Positions 1-11,508 are shown, counted from the first letter of the stretch. The stretch is DNA of 64,000 nucleotides from Alphaproteobacteria bacterium (GCA_963694715.1 CAVOEB010000004.1:11783-75782), one strand, 5' to 3'. Program-made: numbers and translations. Notes: a model not told the origin generated them from the sequence alone.

Positions 1-1131
1 GAGCCCGACGAGCTCGACGCTGCCGCGCTTTGCTACACCTCCGGAACGACGGGCCGGCCCAAGGGCGTGCTCTACAGCCACCGCGGTCTCGTGCTCCACG
101 CCTTCTCCCAGTGCCAAGCCGACAATATGGGCCTGTCGAGCCGCTCGGTCATGCTGCCCGCCGTGGGCATGTTCCACGCCAACGGCTGGGGCATCGCCCA
201 CGCCGCGGCGATGAGCGGAGCCAAGCTCGTCCTCCCCGGCCGCGCGCTCGACGGCGCCTCTCTATTCGACCTGATGGAACGCGAAGCGGTCAATTACGCC
301 GCCGGGGTGCCCACCGTCTGGCTCAGTTTCCTCGCCCATCTCGACGAGAGCCGGCAACGGTCGAAATATCTCGAGCGCCTGTTCGTCGGCGGCTCGGCCA
401 TGGCGCGCGCCACCATGCGCCGCTTCGAGGCCGAATTTGGCGTCTCCATCCTGCATGGCTGGGGCATGACCGAGATCGGCCCGGTGGCAAACTCCGCGCG
501 GATCAAACACAAGCACGCCACGCTTCCCCTCGAGGAGCAGCTCGACTGGAAGTCGACCCAGGGGCGCGCCATCTACGGTGTCGAGATGCGTGTGATCGAC
601 GACGACGGCGTCGAGCTGGCACGCGACGGTGAAGTCCCCGGCCATATTCAGGTTCGCGGGCCGTGGGTCACCGAGCGTTATTTTCCCGGCGACGGCGCGA
701 CCGTCAACGACGCGGACGGCTGGTTCGATACCGCCGACATTGGCACCCTCGACGCAGACGGCTACCTCCGCCTGACCGACCGCGACAAGGATCTCATCAA
801 GTCGGGGGGCGAATGGATCAGCTCCATCGACCTCGAAAACGCGGCGCTGCAGCATCCCGGCGTCGCCGAGGCTGCGGCGATCGCCGTTGCCCACCCGAAG
901 TGGGACGAGCGCCCGCTTCTCGTCGTGGTCAAGGCGGCGGGCGCCCAGGTTGACGCGGCTTCCGTCCTCGATCACCTGCGCCCCCATTTCGCGAAATGGC
1001 AATTGCCCGACGAGGTGGTCTTTGCCGCCGACCTGCCGCACACCGCGACGGGCAAGATTTCCAAGCGCCATTTGCGCGAGCGCTTCAAGGACCATGTCTG
1101 GGAGCCCAAACCGAAAACCGGAAAGATTTGA
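1..1131 (+). CDS. Long/medium-chain acyl-CoA ligase (DmdB/AlkK-like), 5' end outside window
   Basis: Frame 1 open from base 1: [22 protein letters not shown]-binding motif, [33 protein letters not shown]. Confidence 0.9.
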   Translation, partial: EPDELDAAALCYTSGTTGRPKGVLYSHRGLVLHAFSQCQADNMGLSSRSVMLPAVGMFHANGWGIAHAAAMSGAKLVLPGRALDGASLFDLMEREAVNYAAGVPTVWLSFLAHLDESRQRSKYLERLFVGGSAMARATMRRFEAEFGVSILHGWGMTEIGPVANSARIKHKHATLPLEEQLDWKSTQGRAIYGVEMRVIDDDGVELARDGEVPGHIQVRGPWVTERYFPGDGATVNDADGWFDTADIGTLDADGYLRLTDRDKDLIKSGGEWISSIDLENAALQHPGVAEAAAIAVAHPKWDERPLLVVVKAAGAQVDAASVLDHLRPHFAKWQLPDEVVFAADLPHTATGKISKRHLRERFKDHVWEPKPKTGKI

Positions 1132-1132
1132 C

Positions 1133-1735
1133 ATGCAGCTCTACAACGACGCGACCTCGCCCTTCGGACGCAAGATCCTGGTTGCCGCGGCCGAGCGCGC
1201 CATCGCCCTCGACGAGGTCATCATCGACGTCTATTCGCCGGGCCCGCTCGATGACCACAACCCGCTGCGCCAGACCCCCACGCTGGTCACCGACGAGGGC
1301 GAAGCGCTCTATGACAGCGACGTGATTCTGCTCTATCTCGACACCACCCATGACGGCGCACCGCTCGTGCCCGACGAGGATTGCTGGGCGGTCCTCACCC
1401 GGACCTCGCTTGGCAACGGCCTGATCGAGGCGGTGCTAAACCGGATCATGGAGATCAAACGCGTCGACGGCGAGCAAAGCCCCGGGTTCATCGCCAAGAT
1501 GGAAGAGCGCCTCGCCCGCACGCTTGTCCGGCTCGAAGAGGTTGCGGGCTTGCTCTCGGTCGACGTGCTGCGCGCCGACGACATCACCATCGCCTGCGCA
1601 CTGGAATACACCGATTTCCGTTTTTCGGAAGCTTGGCGAAACGACTGCCCGACCCTGGCCGCCTGGCTCGAAGCCATCGCTGCCCGCCCGAGCATGACCG
1701 TGAGCGTGCCGACCCGCGCGGTCACCACCGCTTGA
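1133..1735 (+). CDS. Glutathione S-transferase family protein
   Basis: ATG 1 nt after upstream stop; SPFGRK, NPLRQTPTLVTDEGEALYDSDVI and ADDITIACALEY motifs typical of GSTs. Confidence 0.85.
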   Translation: MQLYNDATSPFGRKILVAAAERAIALDEVIIDVYSPGPLDDHNPLRQTPTLVTDEGEALYDSDVILLYLDTTHDGAPLVPDEDCWAVLTRTSLGNGLIEAVLNRIMEIKRVDGEQSPGFIAKMEERLARTLVRLEEVAGLLSVDVLRADDITIACALEYTDFRFSEAWRNDCPTLAAWLEAIAARPSMTVSVPTRAVTTA

Positions 1736-1751
1736 GGAGGTCTGGGCCGCC

Positions 1752-2645
1752 TTAGTGGGACGAATCCGCGAAGAACTCCAGCAGCGTCGCCGTGAATTCT
1801 TCGGGCGCGTCCTGCTGCACCCAGTGGGACGCGCCGTCGATCGCTTTGAAAACGGCGCCGGGTATCTCTTGAGCAAGTTGCCGGCCGTCTTCCGATTTCT
1901 GCCAAGGGTCATCCATGCCCCACAGGATCATCGTCGGGGCCGCGATGTCTGCGTGGCGATCGACCAGCGCCATGGTCTGGTTCGCATTGAGCGCCGAAGC
2001 GTTTCGAAGCAGGCTCAACTTCCCTTCTTCGCTGGCCCAAGGAGCAATAATGCCTTGCCGGAACTCGGGCGTAAGTCGGCTGTGGTTAGAAAGCCCTGCG
2101 GCCAAACTCTCTTCGAGCGCCTGTACCAGGTCCGCGATGGGGCGGGGCTTCCAACGCAAAGGATGACCAAAGTCGAGCATGTCATCGTCAAAGCGGTCGT
2201 AGCAGACCGAATTGGAAATGACGAGCCGGTGGACCCGTTCCCGATGCTCGATCGCCAGAATAAGGGCGACGGCGCCTCCCGTGTCATGACCCACCACCTC
2301 CACGCGCTCAAGTTCAAGGGCCTCGAGTAGGGCGATGATCATGCGCGACTGGTCTTGAAAGGAACGGTCGAAACGATCTCGGCGATCTGACCAGCCATGG
2401 CCCAAAAAGTCTGGGGCAAGCACCCGGTAACCCGAACGCACGAGTGGCGGGATGATCGAATGGTATAGGTACCCCCAGGTCGGGATTCCGTGCATCAGCA
2501 GGATTGTGCCGCGTCGAGCCTCGCCGGCGTCAATATAGCGAATCGTGACGTCGATATGGGTCGCCGCAGGCGCCCTCAGCACGATTTCTTGCTGGGAAGA
2601 CCTAAATTCTTCCCACGTGCTCCAACCGTCCGATACAGGGTTCAT
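1752..2645 (-). CDS. Alpha/beta hydrolase (epoxide hydrolase/haloalkane dehalogenase-like)
   Basis: HGIPTW, APDFLGHGWS, nucleophile GHDTGG, GASHWVQQDAP. Confidence 0.85.
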   Translation of the reverse strand: MNPVSDGWSTWEEFRSSQQEIVLRAPAATHIDVTIRYIDAGEARRGTILLMHGIPTWGYLYHSIIPPLVRSGYRVLAPDFLGHGWSDRRDRFDRSFQDQSRMIIALLEALELERVEVVGHDTGGAVALILAIEHRERVHRLVISNSVCYDRFDDDMLDFGHPLRWKPRPIADLVQALEESLAAGLSNHSRLTPEFRQGIIAPWASEEGKLSLLRNASALNANQTMALVDRHADIAAPTMILWGMDDPWQKSEDGRQLAQEIPGAVFKAIDGASHWVQQDAPEEFTATLLEFFADSSH

Positions 2646-2704
2646 ATTTTCATCCGTCGATTCCCTTGCCGAACCACAAGCAGCCCCTTGGGTATAAGAT
2701 TCCG

Positions 2705-3586
2705 TTAGCTGATGCCCGAGGTGTCGTGCTCGCTGTAGAGCGCCTGGGCGCCCAGCGCCTGGATGTCGTCGGTCTTGAGCACGATGGAGGGGTCGTTCAT
2801 TTCGACCCAGCCGAGATAGGGCTCCTGGATCGAATAGCCGATCATGCGGGCGAGGTCTTCGGGCAGGGTCTTAGCGATTTCCGGCGGCACCACGAGGTAC
2901 ATGTTCTCTTCCTGGCGCAGCCAGCCCAGCGCGTATTCGACCAGCACGCCAACCCGGTATTCGTCCTTGGTCGTGTTCGCACCCCCGCCATGCAGGGTCG
3001 AGCCCAGATAGCACATCACCGAGCCCTGGGGCATGACAGAGATCGCGATTTCCTCCTCGGTGGCTTCGCGCTCCGCGTTCCACAGGTGGCTGTAGGGAAC
3101 CACCTGGGTCGCCCCGTTGGTCGCCGTGTATTCGGTGACTGCCCAGAACATGTTGAAGATCAACTCCTCGCCGTCCTTGGGGTAGGTCTTGGTGCCGATG
3201 GCGTAGGGATTATCGTCCCGGTGTAGCCATTGGGCGGCCTCGCCCGGCCCGATGCGCACGCCGTGGGAGCAGCCCAACTGGATATGGTCGCAGCGATCGC
3301 CCAGGATCCGATTGGCGGTCTCCACCATGGTTGGATTCATCACCAGCTCGCCATAGGCCTTCGATTTGGCGACCAGCGCCGAGAATCTCTGGGTTTTGAA
3401 GCCGGTATAGACGTCGCTCCCGCTCGGGATTCTGTCGAACCAGGGATCGAACTCTTCGAGCATCCACTCCATGTGGGGTTTGGGCACTAGGTTCTCGACG
3501 ATGCAGCAGCCCGTCTCCTTGAGCTGCACGTGAACCTCCTCGGGCGTCGATGTGTTCGGGATTGTGGGAACGGTGGCTCTTGCCAT
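2705..3586 (-). CDS. PhyH-family Fe(II)/2-oxoglutarate dioxygenase (copy 1)
   Basis: HRD...H facial triad (LHRDD, TLHGGGAN), NGATQVVPYSH, GWLRQEEN; start set at MARATVP by comparison with the 293-aa paralog. Confidence 0.88.
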   Translation of the reverse strand: MARATVPTIPNTSTPEEVHVQLKETGCCIVENLVPKPHMEWMLEEFDPWFDRIPSGSDVYTGFKTQRFSALVAKSKAYGELVMNPTMVETANRILGDRCDHIQLGCSHGVRIGPGEAAQWLHRDDNPYAIGTKTYPKDGEELIFNMFWAVTEYTATNGATQVVPYSHLWNAEREATEEEIAISVMPQGSVMCYLGSTLHGGGANTTKDEYRVGVLVEYALGWLRQEENMYLVVPPEIAKTLPEDLARMIGYSIQEPYLGWVEMNDPSIVLKTDDIQALGAQALYSEHDTSGIS

Positions 3587-3697
3587 AGCTCGATGCTCCT
3601 GTTGCTCTCGGTCCACCCATGTGGCCGCAGTCTCCGTCCACGATCAGTGGCTTGTCAACAACGGGTCGGACGATTGAGCGCATCGAAAATAGAAAAT

Positions 3698-3728
3698 CGC
3701 GGACCGCCAGGTCCGCTGGCGTGAGCGA
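3698..3728 (-). repeat. Intergenic repeat family, left module (copy A)
   Basis: Reverse complement tcgctcacgccagcggacctggcggtccgcg matches 14297 and 32748 copies. Confidence 0.75.
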
Positions 3729-3733
3729 AACAA

Positions 3734-3767
3734 CGGAGCGGTTCCACCGTAACTCGGAACCGCTCCG
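3734..3767 (-). terminator. Probable intrinsic terminator after PhyH copy 2
   Basis: 12-bp perfect stem cggagcggttcc/ggaaccgctccg followed by ttgttt on the minus strand. Confidence 0.6.
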
Positions 3768-3773
3768 GCGCTG

Positions 3774-4655
3774 CTAGCGAATGCCTGCGGCGTCCGTCGA
3801 GCTGAAGAGCTTCTGGGCGGCCAACGCTTGATAGTCGTCGGTCTCGAGCGTGATATGCGGATCGTTCATCTCGACCCAGCCCAGATAGGGCTCCTGGATC
3901 GAATAGCCGATCATCTTCGCGAGATCGTCGGGCAGGGTCTTGGCTATTTCCGGCGGCACCACGAGATACTGGTTCTCCTCCTGGCGTAGCCAGCCGAGCG
4001 AATATTCGACCAACGAGCCGACCCGGAACTCATCCTTGGTCGTGTTGTTCCCACCGCCATGAAAGCATGATCCCAGGAAGCACATTACCGAGCCCTGGGG
4101 CATGACCGCGATGGCGGTCTCCTCCTCGGCCGGCTCGCGGTCGGCCTCCCACAGGTGGCTGTAGGGCACCGCCTGGGTTGCGCCGTTGGTCGCGGTGTAT
4201 TCGGTGGTCGCCCAGAACATGTTGAAGATCAGCTCTTCGCCGTTCTTGGGGTAGGTCTTGGGATAGTGGCTGTAGAGCGTGTCGTCGCGATGCAGCAACT
4301 GGCCGGTTTCGCCCGGCGCGATACGCACGCAATGGGAACAGCCAAGCTGGATCGTATCGCAGCGCTCGCCCAGGATCAGGTTGGCGGTGGCCACCATGGT
4401 CGGGTTCATCACCAGCTCGCCATAGGCCTTTGACTTGGCCACCAGCGACGAAACCCGCTGGGTCTTGAAGCCGGTGAAGTCGTCGGTCCCGACCGGGGTT
4501 TTTTCGAACCAGGGGTCGAGCTCTTCGAGCATCCGCTCCATGTGCGATTTGGGCACCAGGTTTTCGATGATGCAGCAGCCAGTCTCCTTGAGCTGCGCGT
4601 GAACCTCCTCGGGTGTGGAGGTGTTGGGGATCGTGGGGACGGTGGCTTTTGCCAT
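3774..4655 (-). CDS. PhyH-family Fe(II)/2-oxoglutarate dioxygenase (copy 2)
   Basis: LHRDD...FHGGGNN triad; colinear paralog of 2705..3586. Confidence 0.88.
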   Translation of the reverse strand: MAKATVPTIPNTSTPEEVHAQLKETGCCIIENLVPKSHMERMLEELDPWFEKTPVGTDDFTGFKTQRVSSLVAKSKAYGELVMNPTMVATANLILGERCDTIQLGCSHCVRIAPGETGQLLHRDDTLYSHYPKTYPKNGEELIFNMFWATTEYTATNGATQAVPYSHLWEADREPAEEETAIAVMPQGSVMCFLGSCFHGGGNNTTKDEFRVGSLVEYSLGWLRQEENQYLVVPPEIAKTLPDDLAKMIGYSIQEPYLGWVEMNDPHITLETDDYQALAAQKLFSSTDAAGIR

Positions 4656-4701
4656 GATTCGCTGCTCCTTTTCTCTCGGTCTTGTGTGCGGCCTCTCGGC
4701 C

Positions 4702-5862
4702 CTAGGTTTCGGTAGCAGATTTTGGCACGGCGGGGGAGGGGCCGTTGATCTCCTTGATCACGCCTTCGGCGAATTCGTTCAGCATGGCTAGTTCCTGCCC
4801 TTGGTGAAAGTAGCCGATATGGTGCCAGAGGAAAAATTCTTCCACGCCATAACGCTCCGCGACGGATGCCACGTGATCGAGCACCTCCTGGCGTGAGCCC
4901 TTGAAGACCCGGCCCATGGGCACGTGGTAGGGCGGTGCGTTGTAGGCGAAGTTGAACAGCTCCTCGAAGCCGGCATAGATGTCGGCGGTCTCCGCCGTAT
5001 CGCGCCCCATGGTCAGGTGCGCGCCGATCGCGACGGCATCGCCCGTCGAGGGATTGCGCCCCGCTTTGGCGGCCTCCTCCATATAGGCGTCCATCATGAT
5101 CTGGATGTATTCCTCCTTTTCGGGCGAAACCATGCACAGCATCTTGCCGCCCTCGCGGGCCCAGAACTTCACGGTCTCAACGGAAAAGGAGAACGGCGCG
5201 TAAACTGGCGGATGGGGTTGCTGGAGCGGGCGGGGCACGATGCCGATTTCCGTGAGCTTGCCGTCCGCACCGACGCCGCGGCCCCACGCCTTGGTTGGGT
5301 TGAAATCCCACTCGACGGGCTGGGGCACCTTCCAGAACTCGCCGTCGTAATGCACCGTATCGTTCGTCCACAGCGCCTTGATAATCTCCCAGCCCTCGGC
5401 GAAGGCCGCGCGGTTGCGTCTGTCGTGCTCCGATTTGTCGGATTCCGTCGACATCAACCCCAGCTGCTGGCCGAAGGTCGCGGTCCAGCGCGGGGTGTTG
5501 CCTCGGGTAAAGCCCGCAAACGCCCGCCCGCCCGTGAAATGATCGAGCATGGCGATATCTTCGGCGAGCTTGATCGGATTGACGCAAGGGATGTTCATGC
5601 CGATCTGGCCGACCCGCATCGTCTTGGTGTGCTGGGCGACGAAATAATCCCACATCAACGGGTTGGTAGTGGTCTCGATACCCTCGATCTGCATGTGCTG
5701 CTCGGTCATGGCGAAGGCGTCGAAGCCGACGCTTTCCGCGAACTGCACCTGCTCCTTGAGCCGCGCCATCAGGATCTGGAAGCGCGCCGGGTCCGAGCCC
5801 GCGAGGCCGACCTCTTCGCCCCGCCCGCGCATATAGGGGATCGCCAGAATGCCAAATCGCAT
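4702..5862 (-). CDS. Luciferase-like (LLM) flavin-dependent oxidoreductase
   Basis: AESVGFDAFAMTEQH, LAEDIAMLDHFTGGR, PRPLQQPHPP. Confidence 0.88.
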   Translation of the reverse strand: MRFGILAIPYMRGRGEEVGLAGSDPARFQILMARLKEQVQFAESVGFDAFAMTEQHMQIEGIETTTNPLMWDYFVAQHTKTMRVGQIGMNIPCVNPIKLAEDIAMLDHFTGGRAFAGFTRGNTPRWTATFGQQLGLMSTESDKSEHDRRNRAAFAEGWEIIKALWTNDTVHYDGEFWKVPQPVEWDFNPTKAWGRGVGADGKLTEIGIVPRPLQQPHPPVYAPFSFSVETVKFWAREGGKMLCMVSPEKEEYIQIMMDAYMEEAAKAGRNPSTGDAVAIGAHLTMGRDTAETADIYAGFEELFNFAYNAPPYHVPMGRVFKGSRQEVLDHVASVAERYGVEEFFLWHHIGYFHQGQELAMLNEFAEGVIKEINGPSPAVPKSATET

Positions 5863-5884
5863 GATGTCCTCCTTGGGTGCCTCG

Positions 5885-6217
5885 TCAGTCTGCCGCGAGG
5901 CCGCGCAGGATGAAGCGCGTCAGAAGATCGCGCACCTCGTCCTCGCCATGGCACCCGATGTTCCAGTGGTGCAGCGCCCAGGCGATGCACATGAAGTAGG
6001 CGAGGTTCGCGGCCAGGTCGGCGTTTGCGACCTCGAATTCTCCGCTGTCCCGGCCCGAACGGATGATCTCTTCCCACAGTGCCGTGAAATCACGCTCGAT
6101 GGCGAAGATTTTTTCTCGGTTGTCGGGCAAAAGCGAGCGGGTCTCGCGATAGACCAGGTTGATGTATTTGCGGTTCCGCCCGACGTAACGGACATAGTTC
6201 TCAACCGCGCCACTCAA
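5885..6217 (-). pseudogene. TetR/KstR2-like regulator, C-terminal ligand-binding domain only (HTH missing)
   Basis: LVYRETRSL...WEEIIRSGRDSGEFEVANADLAA...WALHHW resembles a TetR C-domain; its N-terminus abuts the carbonic anhydrase stop. Confidence 0.65.
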
Positions 6218-6855
6218 CTCACCGGCTCGAACGCGCCGCTCTCGGGTTCGGCGCTCAGCAGCGCGCCGGTCGCGATATCGAAATAGGCCCCGTGCAGGGT
6301 GAGCGTGCGGTTGGCGACGCGCTCCTTGATGAAGGAAAAGCTCGTGAGGTTCTTGATCGAGAGGCGAATGCCGGCATGCTCCAGCGCCCGCTGGCGGCCC
6401 TCTGCATCGCTGCCGTCGCCCGCCGCTTGCAGCGCTTCCGCGCGCACGCTGTTGAGGATCGAGAGCCAGGGGGCGATGAAGACTTGGTCGCCGCTGTGCG
6501 TGTGCCGCTCGTCGAGAAACGCGGCAATGCCGCCACAGCGCGCGTGACCGAGCACGACGATGTGCTCCACGTTCAGGCCCTTCACGGCGAATTCCAGCGC
6601 TGCGCTGGTGCCGTGAAAGCTGCCGTGGGGCTCGAAGGGCGGCACCAGGTTAGCGACGTTGCGCACCACGAACAGCGCGCCGGGCTTAGCGTTGAAGATC
6701 GCCGCCGGGTCGGCGCGGCTATCGCAGCAGGCGATGATCATGACGCGCGGCGACTGGCCCTCTTTCGCGAGTGCGCGATAGAGCGCCGCCTGGCGGGGCC
6801 AGGTTTCGCTCAGAAATTCGCGATAGCCCGTGACCAGTTCGTCGACCTCGCGCAT
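6214..6855 (-). CDS. Beta-class carbonic anhydrase
   Basis: IACCDSRA, VRNVANLVPP, LGHARCGG zinc ligands. Confidence 0.93.
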   Translation of the reverse strand: MREVDELVTGYREFLSETWPRQAALYRALAKEGQSPRVMIIACCDSRADPAAIFNAKPGALFVVRNVANLVPPFEPHGSFHGTSAALEFAVKGLNVEHIVVLGHARCGGIAAFLDERHTHSGDQVFIAPWLSILNSVRAEALQAAGDGSDAEGRQRALEHAGIRLSIKNLTSFSFIKERVANRTLTLHGAYFDIATGALLSAEPESGAFEPVS

Positions 6856-6862
6856 GGCCCGC

Positions 6863-7348
6863 TCACGCCTCGCGCCGGATGCCCAGCGTCCGCTCGAAGT
6901 CCTCGGGCCGGGGCAGGTCTTCGTGGGCGATCTGCATGCGCCCCAGGACGACCAGCGCGTCGCCGGGAAAGGGCGCGGATTTTCGGGTCTTGAGATCGAC
7001 GTGGATCGAGACCGCCTCCATCCGGGCGGCGACCCAGCCTTCTTCGGCGTGTTCCATCTGGTGCCAGTAATGCATCCGTTTTTGATCGAAGTCGATGAGG
7101 TGGGTCTTAGTCCGGATAGGCTGGCCGAGGGTCAGCTCCTGGTGGAACTGGGTACGCGTTTCGAGCTGGAAGACCGAGCGCTGGGTCGCGGCGATGTAAT
7201 CGAACCCGACGCCCAGGAAGTCGAACAGGATGTCCACCGCATGGTCGAACACCAGGCCGTAATAGCCAACGTTCATGTGGCCGTTCACGTCGATCCATTC
7301 AGGCTGGATCGTTTCGCGGTGCTGATCGAAGGGCAAAGCTATTGTCAT
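6863..7348 (-). CDS. Hotdog-fold acyl-CoA thioesterase family protein
   Basis: PEWIDVNGHMNVGYY motif. Confidence 0.85.
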   Translation of the reverse strand: MTIALPFDQHRETIQPEWIDVNGHMNVGYYGLVFDHAVDILFDFLGVGFDYIAATQRSVFQLETRTQFHQELTLGQPIRTKTHLIDFDQKRMHYWHQMEHAEEGWVAARMEAVSIHVDLKTRKSAPFPGDALVVLGRMQIAHEDLPRPEDFERTLGIRREA

Positions 7349-7429
7349 GGCGCGGTGGGGGCCTGGAGGCTTGTGGGGGTGGCGGTAATGTGCTCGGCGG
7401 GCGGGAGCGGTCTCGTCGCGGGCGGCGGG

Positions 7430-7636
7430 TCAGCCAACCTTGGGCGGCTCGTCGGAGGGTCCGCCTTCGAGTAATTTTCCCTCGATCTCGGCTTCGTGGT
7501 GTTCTGTCTCGTTCTGGGCGGCCCGGCGTTCATCCTTCGAGCGTCCATGTTCTGCCCGGTTGCGCTCAGCCCGCGTGGCCTTTTCGGCCTTTTCCCGATT
7601 TTTGCGGAACTGATTGAGATTGATGACTTCGCCCAT
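7430..7636 (-). CDS. DUF4169 family small protein
   Basis: MGEVINLNQFRK...AERNRAEHGRSKDER signature. Confidence 0.8.
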   Translation of the reverse strand: MGEVINLNQFRKNREKAEKATRAERNRAEHGRSKDERRAAQNETEHHEAEIEGKLLEGGPSDEPPKVG

Positions 7637-7697
7637 CGCGTCTCGCTGCCTCCCAGCGTCTTCAACTCTCGCACCGGGAGGCGAACCGGTCAACCCG

Positions 7698-7931
7698 CTA
7701 GGAGCGATCGGAGGTGCTTTTATCGAGCCAGTCGAGCACCGCAACGCGCAACGCGCCCGACAGATTGCCCGTACGGCCCGCGTCCACCGCGGTGACCAAC
7801 GCGACCAGGGTGGTTTGCTGTTCCCGCGCCATTTCGTGGAGTTTGTCCCAGAAGGCGTCTTCGAGCGAAACGCTGGTGCGGTGGCCCTCGATGGTCACCG
7901 AGCGTTTGCCCAACCTCGCGCCGTCGGTCAC
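7698..7931 (-). CDS. Ribbon-helix-helix domain protein (RHH_4)
   Basis: KRSVTIEGHRTSVSLEDAFW...NLSGALRV; GTG start after gaagg RBS. Confidence 0.85.
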   Translation of the reverse strand: MTDGARLGKRSVTIEGHRTSVSLEDAFWDKLHEMAREQQTTLVALVTAVDAGRTGNLSGALRVAVLDWLDKSTSDRS

Positions 7932-7965
7932 GGCGCCGCCTTCTCTATTGTGGGTAGCAATGCCC

Positions 7966-8340
7966 TCATGAGCGCTTCTTCCCCCTGGGCTTCTTGCGCG
8001 GCTTGGGCGCCTTGGAGCGGCGCATGGCGTCGACCGCCTTGCGCGCCCACAGGCAGAGCTCGTCGGCGTCTTCGAGCGCATCGAGGGGCACTTCGTAGTA
8101 GGACAGGCTCTGTTCCTTGCCCAGCTTCTGATAAGTAAAGCGCCCAGGGCTCCAGGCTTTGAACTCGGGCCGGGTCAGCTCGTCTGCTTTGAGGTAGAGC
8201 ACGTCGTCGGCAAGCAGCGCGAAGAAGTCGCCCTCGCAATAAAGCCCGTAGCCGCCGAACATGCGCCGCGCTGAGACCCGGCCCAGAGATCCGAGCTGGT
8301 CGAGCGCCATCTCGAGGAATTCCGAGCGCGCCGCAACCAT
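7966..8340 (-). CDS. TfoX/Sxy N-terminal domain protein
   Basis: RRMFGGYGLY...FALLADDVLYLKAD...LSYYEVP. Confidence 0.85.
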   Translation of the reverse strand: MVAARSEFLEMALDQLGSLGRVSARRMFGGYGLYCEGDFFALLADDVLYLKADELTRPEFKAWSPGRFTYQKLGKEQSLSYYEVPLDALEDADELCLWARKAVDAMRRSKAPKPRKKPRGKKRS

Positions 8341-8344
8341 CGCT

Positions 8345-9955
<1,611 letters not shown>

Positions 9956-9991
9956 GGCGCGTTGTTCCTTCCGGCCAAGATTTGTGGACGC

Positions 9992-10510
9992 CTACTTCTT
10001 GCGGAAGCTGTCCAGCGTGATCACGTCGGCTCCTTCAAGACCATCGGCGTTGGGCGCAGCCTCAACGGCATCGCCCGCCGGCTCCGCGTTCGTAGCCGCC
10101 TTGTCGATTGCTCCGATGTCCGTGCCGTCGGGGCGCGTGTTGGCCGCGGCGCTGCCCGGGGTCTGGAACTGTAGGCCGAACTGGACCGAGGGGTCGGCGA
10201 AGCGGGTGATGGCGTCGAACGGAATCTCCAGGCTTTCGCCGATCTTGTTGAAGGTCAGTCCGATCGTGAAGCCCTCCTCGGTGACTTCGAGGCCCCAAAA
10301 CTGGTGCTGGAGCACGATGGTCATTTCATCCGGGTATTCCTGGTGCAGGTAGTCGGCAATCTGGACGCCGGGAAAATCGGTCTGGAACGAGAGGTAGAGA
10401 TGGTGCTGGCCGGGCAGCCCGTGTTCGGCGGCGTGGCGCAGCGTTCCGCGCACCACGGTGCGCAGTGCCGCGTCGATCAGCTTGTCGTAACTCACGAAAT
10501 CGTCAGCCAT
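9992..10510 (-). CDS. sspB: ClpXP adaptor SspB (alphaproteobacterial type)
   Basis: GLPGQHHLYLSFQT, YPDEMTIVLQHQFW, FADPSVQFGLQF, C-terminal VITLDSFRKK; next to ssrA. Confidence 0.92.
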   Translation of the reverse strand: MADDFVSYDKLIDAALRTVVRGTLRHAAEHGLPGQHHLYLSFQTDFPGVQIADYLHQEYPDEMTIVLQHQFWGLEVTEEGFTIGLTFNKIGESLEIPFDAITRFADPSVQFGLQFQTPGSAAANTRPDGTDIGAIDKAATNAEPAGDAVEAAPNADGLEGADVITLDSFRKK

Positions 10511-10592
10511 TTTTTCCTGTATGCCGCCGCCGGCGGAATCTGATTCTTGGCGCGCTCAAGCGCCACGCAGGCTCATGCAGCCTGCCTTTATC

Positions 10593-10660
10593 AGGCCCGG
10601 CCGAGCCTGAGCTAACCCCGGCCCTACGGCCTACAGCCGCAGGCTCTCGAAACCCGGATG
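10593..10660 (+). repeat. Intergenic repeat family, right module (copy B)
   Basis: ggcccggccgagcctgagctaaccccggccctacggcctacagccgcaggctctcgaaaccc aligns with 24968 and 54009(-) copies. Confidence 0.7.
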
Positions 10661-10702
10661 ATTCCACCTTATTGGATTTTGCGCCAGATTGGAATTGGTG
10701 CA

Positions 10703-10990
10703 AGTGGGGGGCTTCTGTTGCCCGGTGCCCCCCGAACCGCGCTTACCTAACGTTGTTAAGCAGCGAGCGCCATTTCATTGTCGTTGGCACTTATCAAAGT
10801 GACCCGATAACGGCGGTATCATACCGAGCAAAAACCGCACCTTTACCACGCACGTCGATCCTGTTTCGCCCCCATGGCGGACCGCCCGTTTCAGGGCGGA
10901 AAGAATTGGTGGAGGCGCCGGGCACTGCCCCCGGGTCCGTGACGCTTATTCCGAACGGCGTTTATCGCCATAGCCGGTGTTGCCACCGGC
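10703..10990 (-). ncRNA. ssrA: Two-piece (circularly permuted) tmRNA; tag peptide ANDNEMALAA
   Basis: Minus strand: acceptor piece ends CGCCUCCACCA at 10907; 33-nt intervening hairpin; coding piece starts GGGGGCG at 10873 with G3-U pair; tag ORF gccaacgacaatgaaatggcgctcgctgcttaa at 10788..10756; outer ends approximate. Confidence 0.95.
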
Positions 10991-11046
10991 AGGAGTAATA
11001 TAGGGATAATCGGGTTAATTTTAAATAGCTTAAGGAATGCTCCGCC

Positions 11047-11460
11047 ATGCCGACCCTGACCAGAGCCTGCGCCCTCGCGCTCACTTACGCCGCACTCAAC
11101 GCGGGATGTGCCGTAGCACTCGGCGCCTGGGCGGCCCACGGGCTGGGCCATGAGGCGGCCGGGGGCGAGGGGGGCGCGGCGGCGACCGTGGGTGCGGCGG
11201 CGCGCTACCAGATGTGGCACGCGCTGGCGCTGATCGCCGCTGTGCTGCTCGGGAGTCGGATGGCGGAGGGCTGGGCTACGCGGTTGTGCGGCGTGGCTGG
11301 AGGTTGCTTCGCCGCCGGGCAGATCTTCTTCGTCGGCGGGTTGCTGGCTTCTGCGCTTGCCGGCGTCGGCTGGCCCGCGCCCATCGGCGGGGTGCTGTTC
11401 ATCATCGGCTGGCTGGCACTCGCGGGCGCGGGGCTGGCGGCGCTGGCACGCCGGGCCTAA
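11047..11460 (+). CDS. DUF423 family membrane protein
   Basis: LGAWAAHGL, ARYQMWHALAL, PAPIGGVLFIIGW. Confidence 0.85.
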   Translation: MPTLTRACALALTYAALNAGCAVALGAWAAHGLGHEAAGGEGGAAATVGAAARYQMWHALALIAAVLLGSRMAEGWATRLCGVAGGCFAAGQIFFVGGLLASALAGVGWPAPIGGVLFIIGWLALAGAGLAALARRA

Positions 11461-11508
11461 AATAACCCTACGTATTCTGTTGTTGGTTGTGAGACGAGAG
11501 ACGGAATC

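Noticed and set aside
10703-10990. Permuted tmRNA as a novelty
   Set aside because: Two-piece tmRNA is the established form in Alphaproteobacteria.
11010-11035. CtrA box upstream of ssrA (several TTAA)
   Set aside because: TTAA spacings do not give N7; more likely just an AT-rich divergent promoter.
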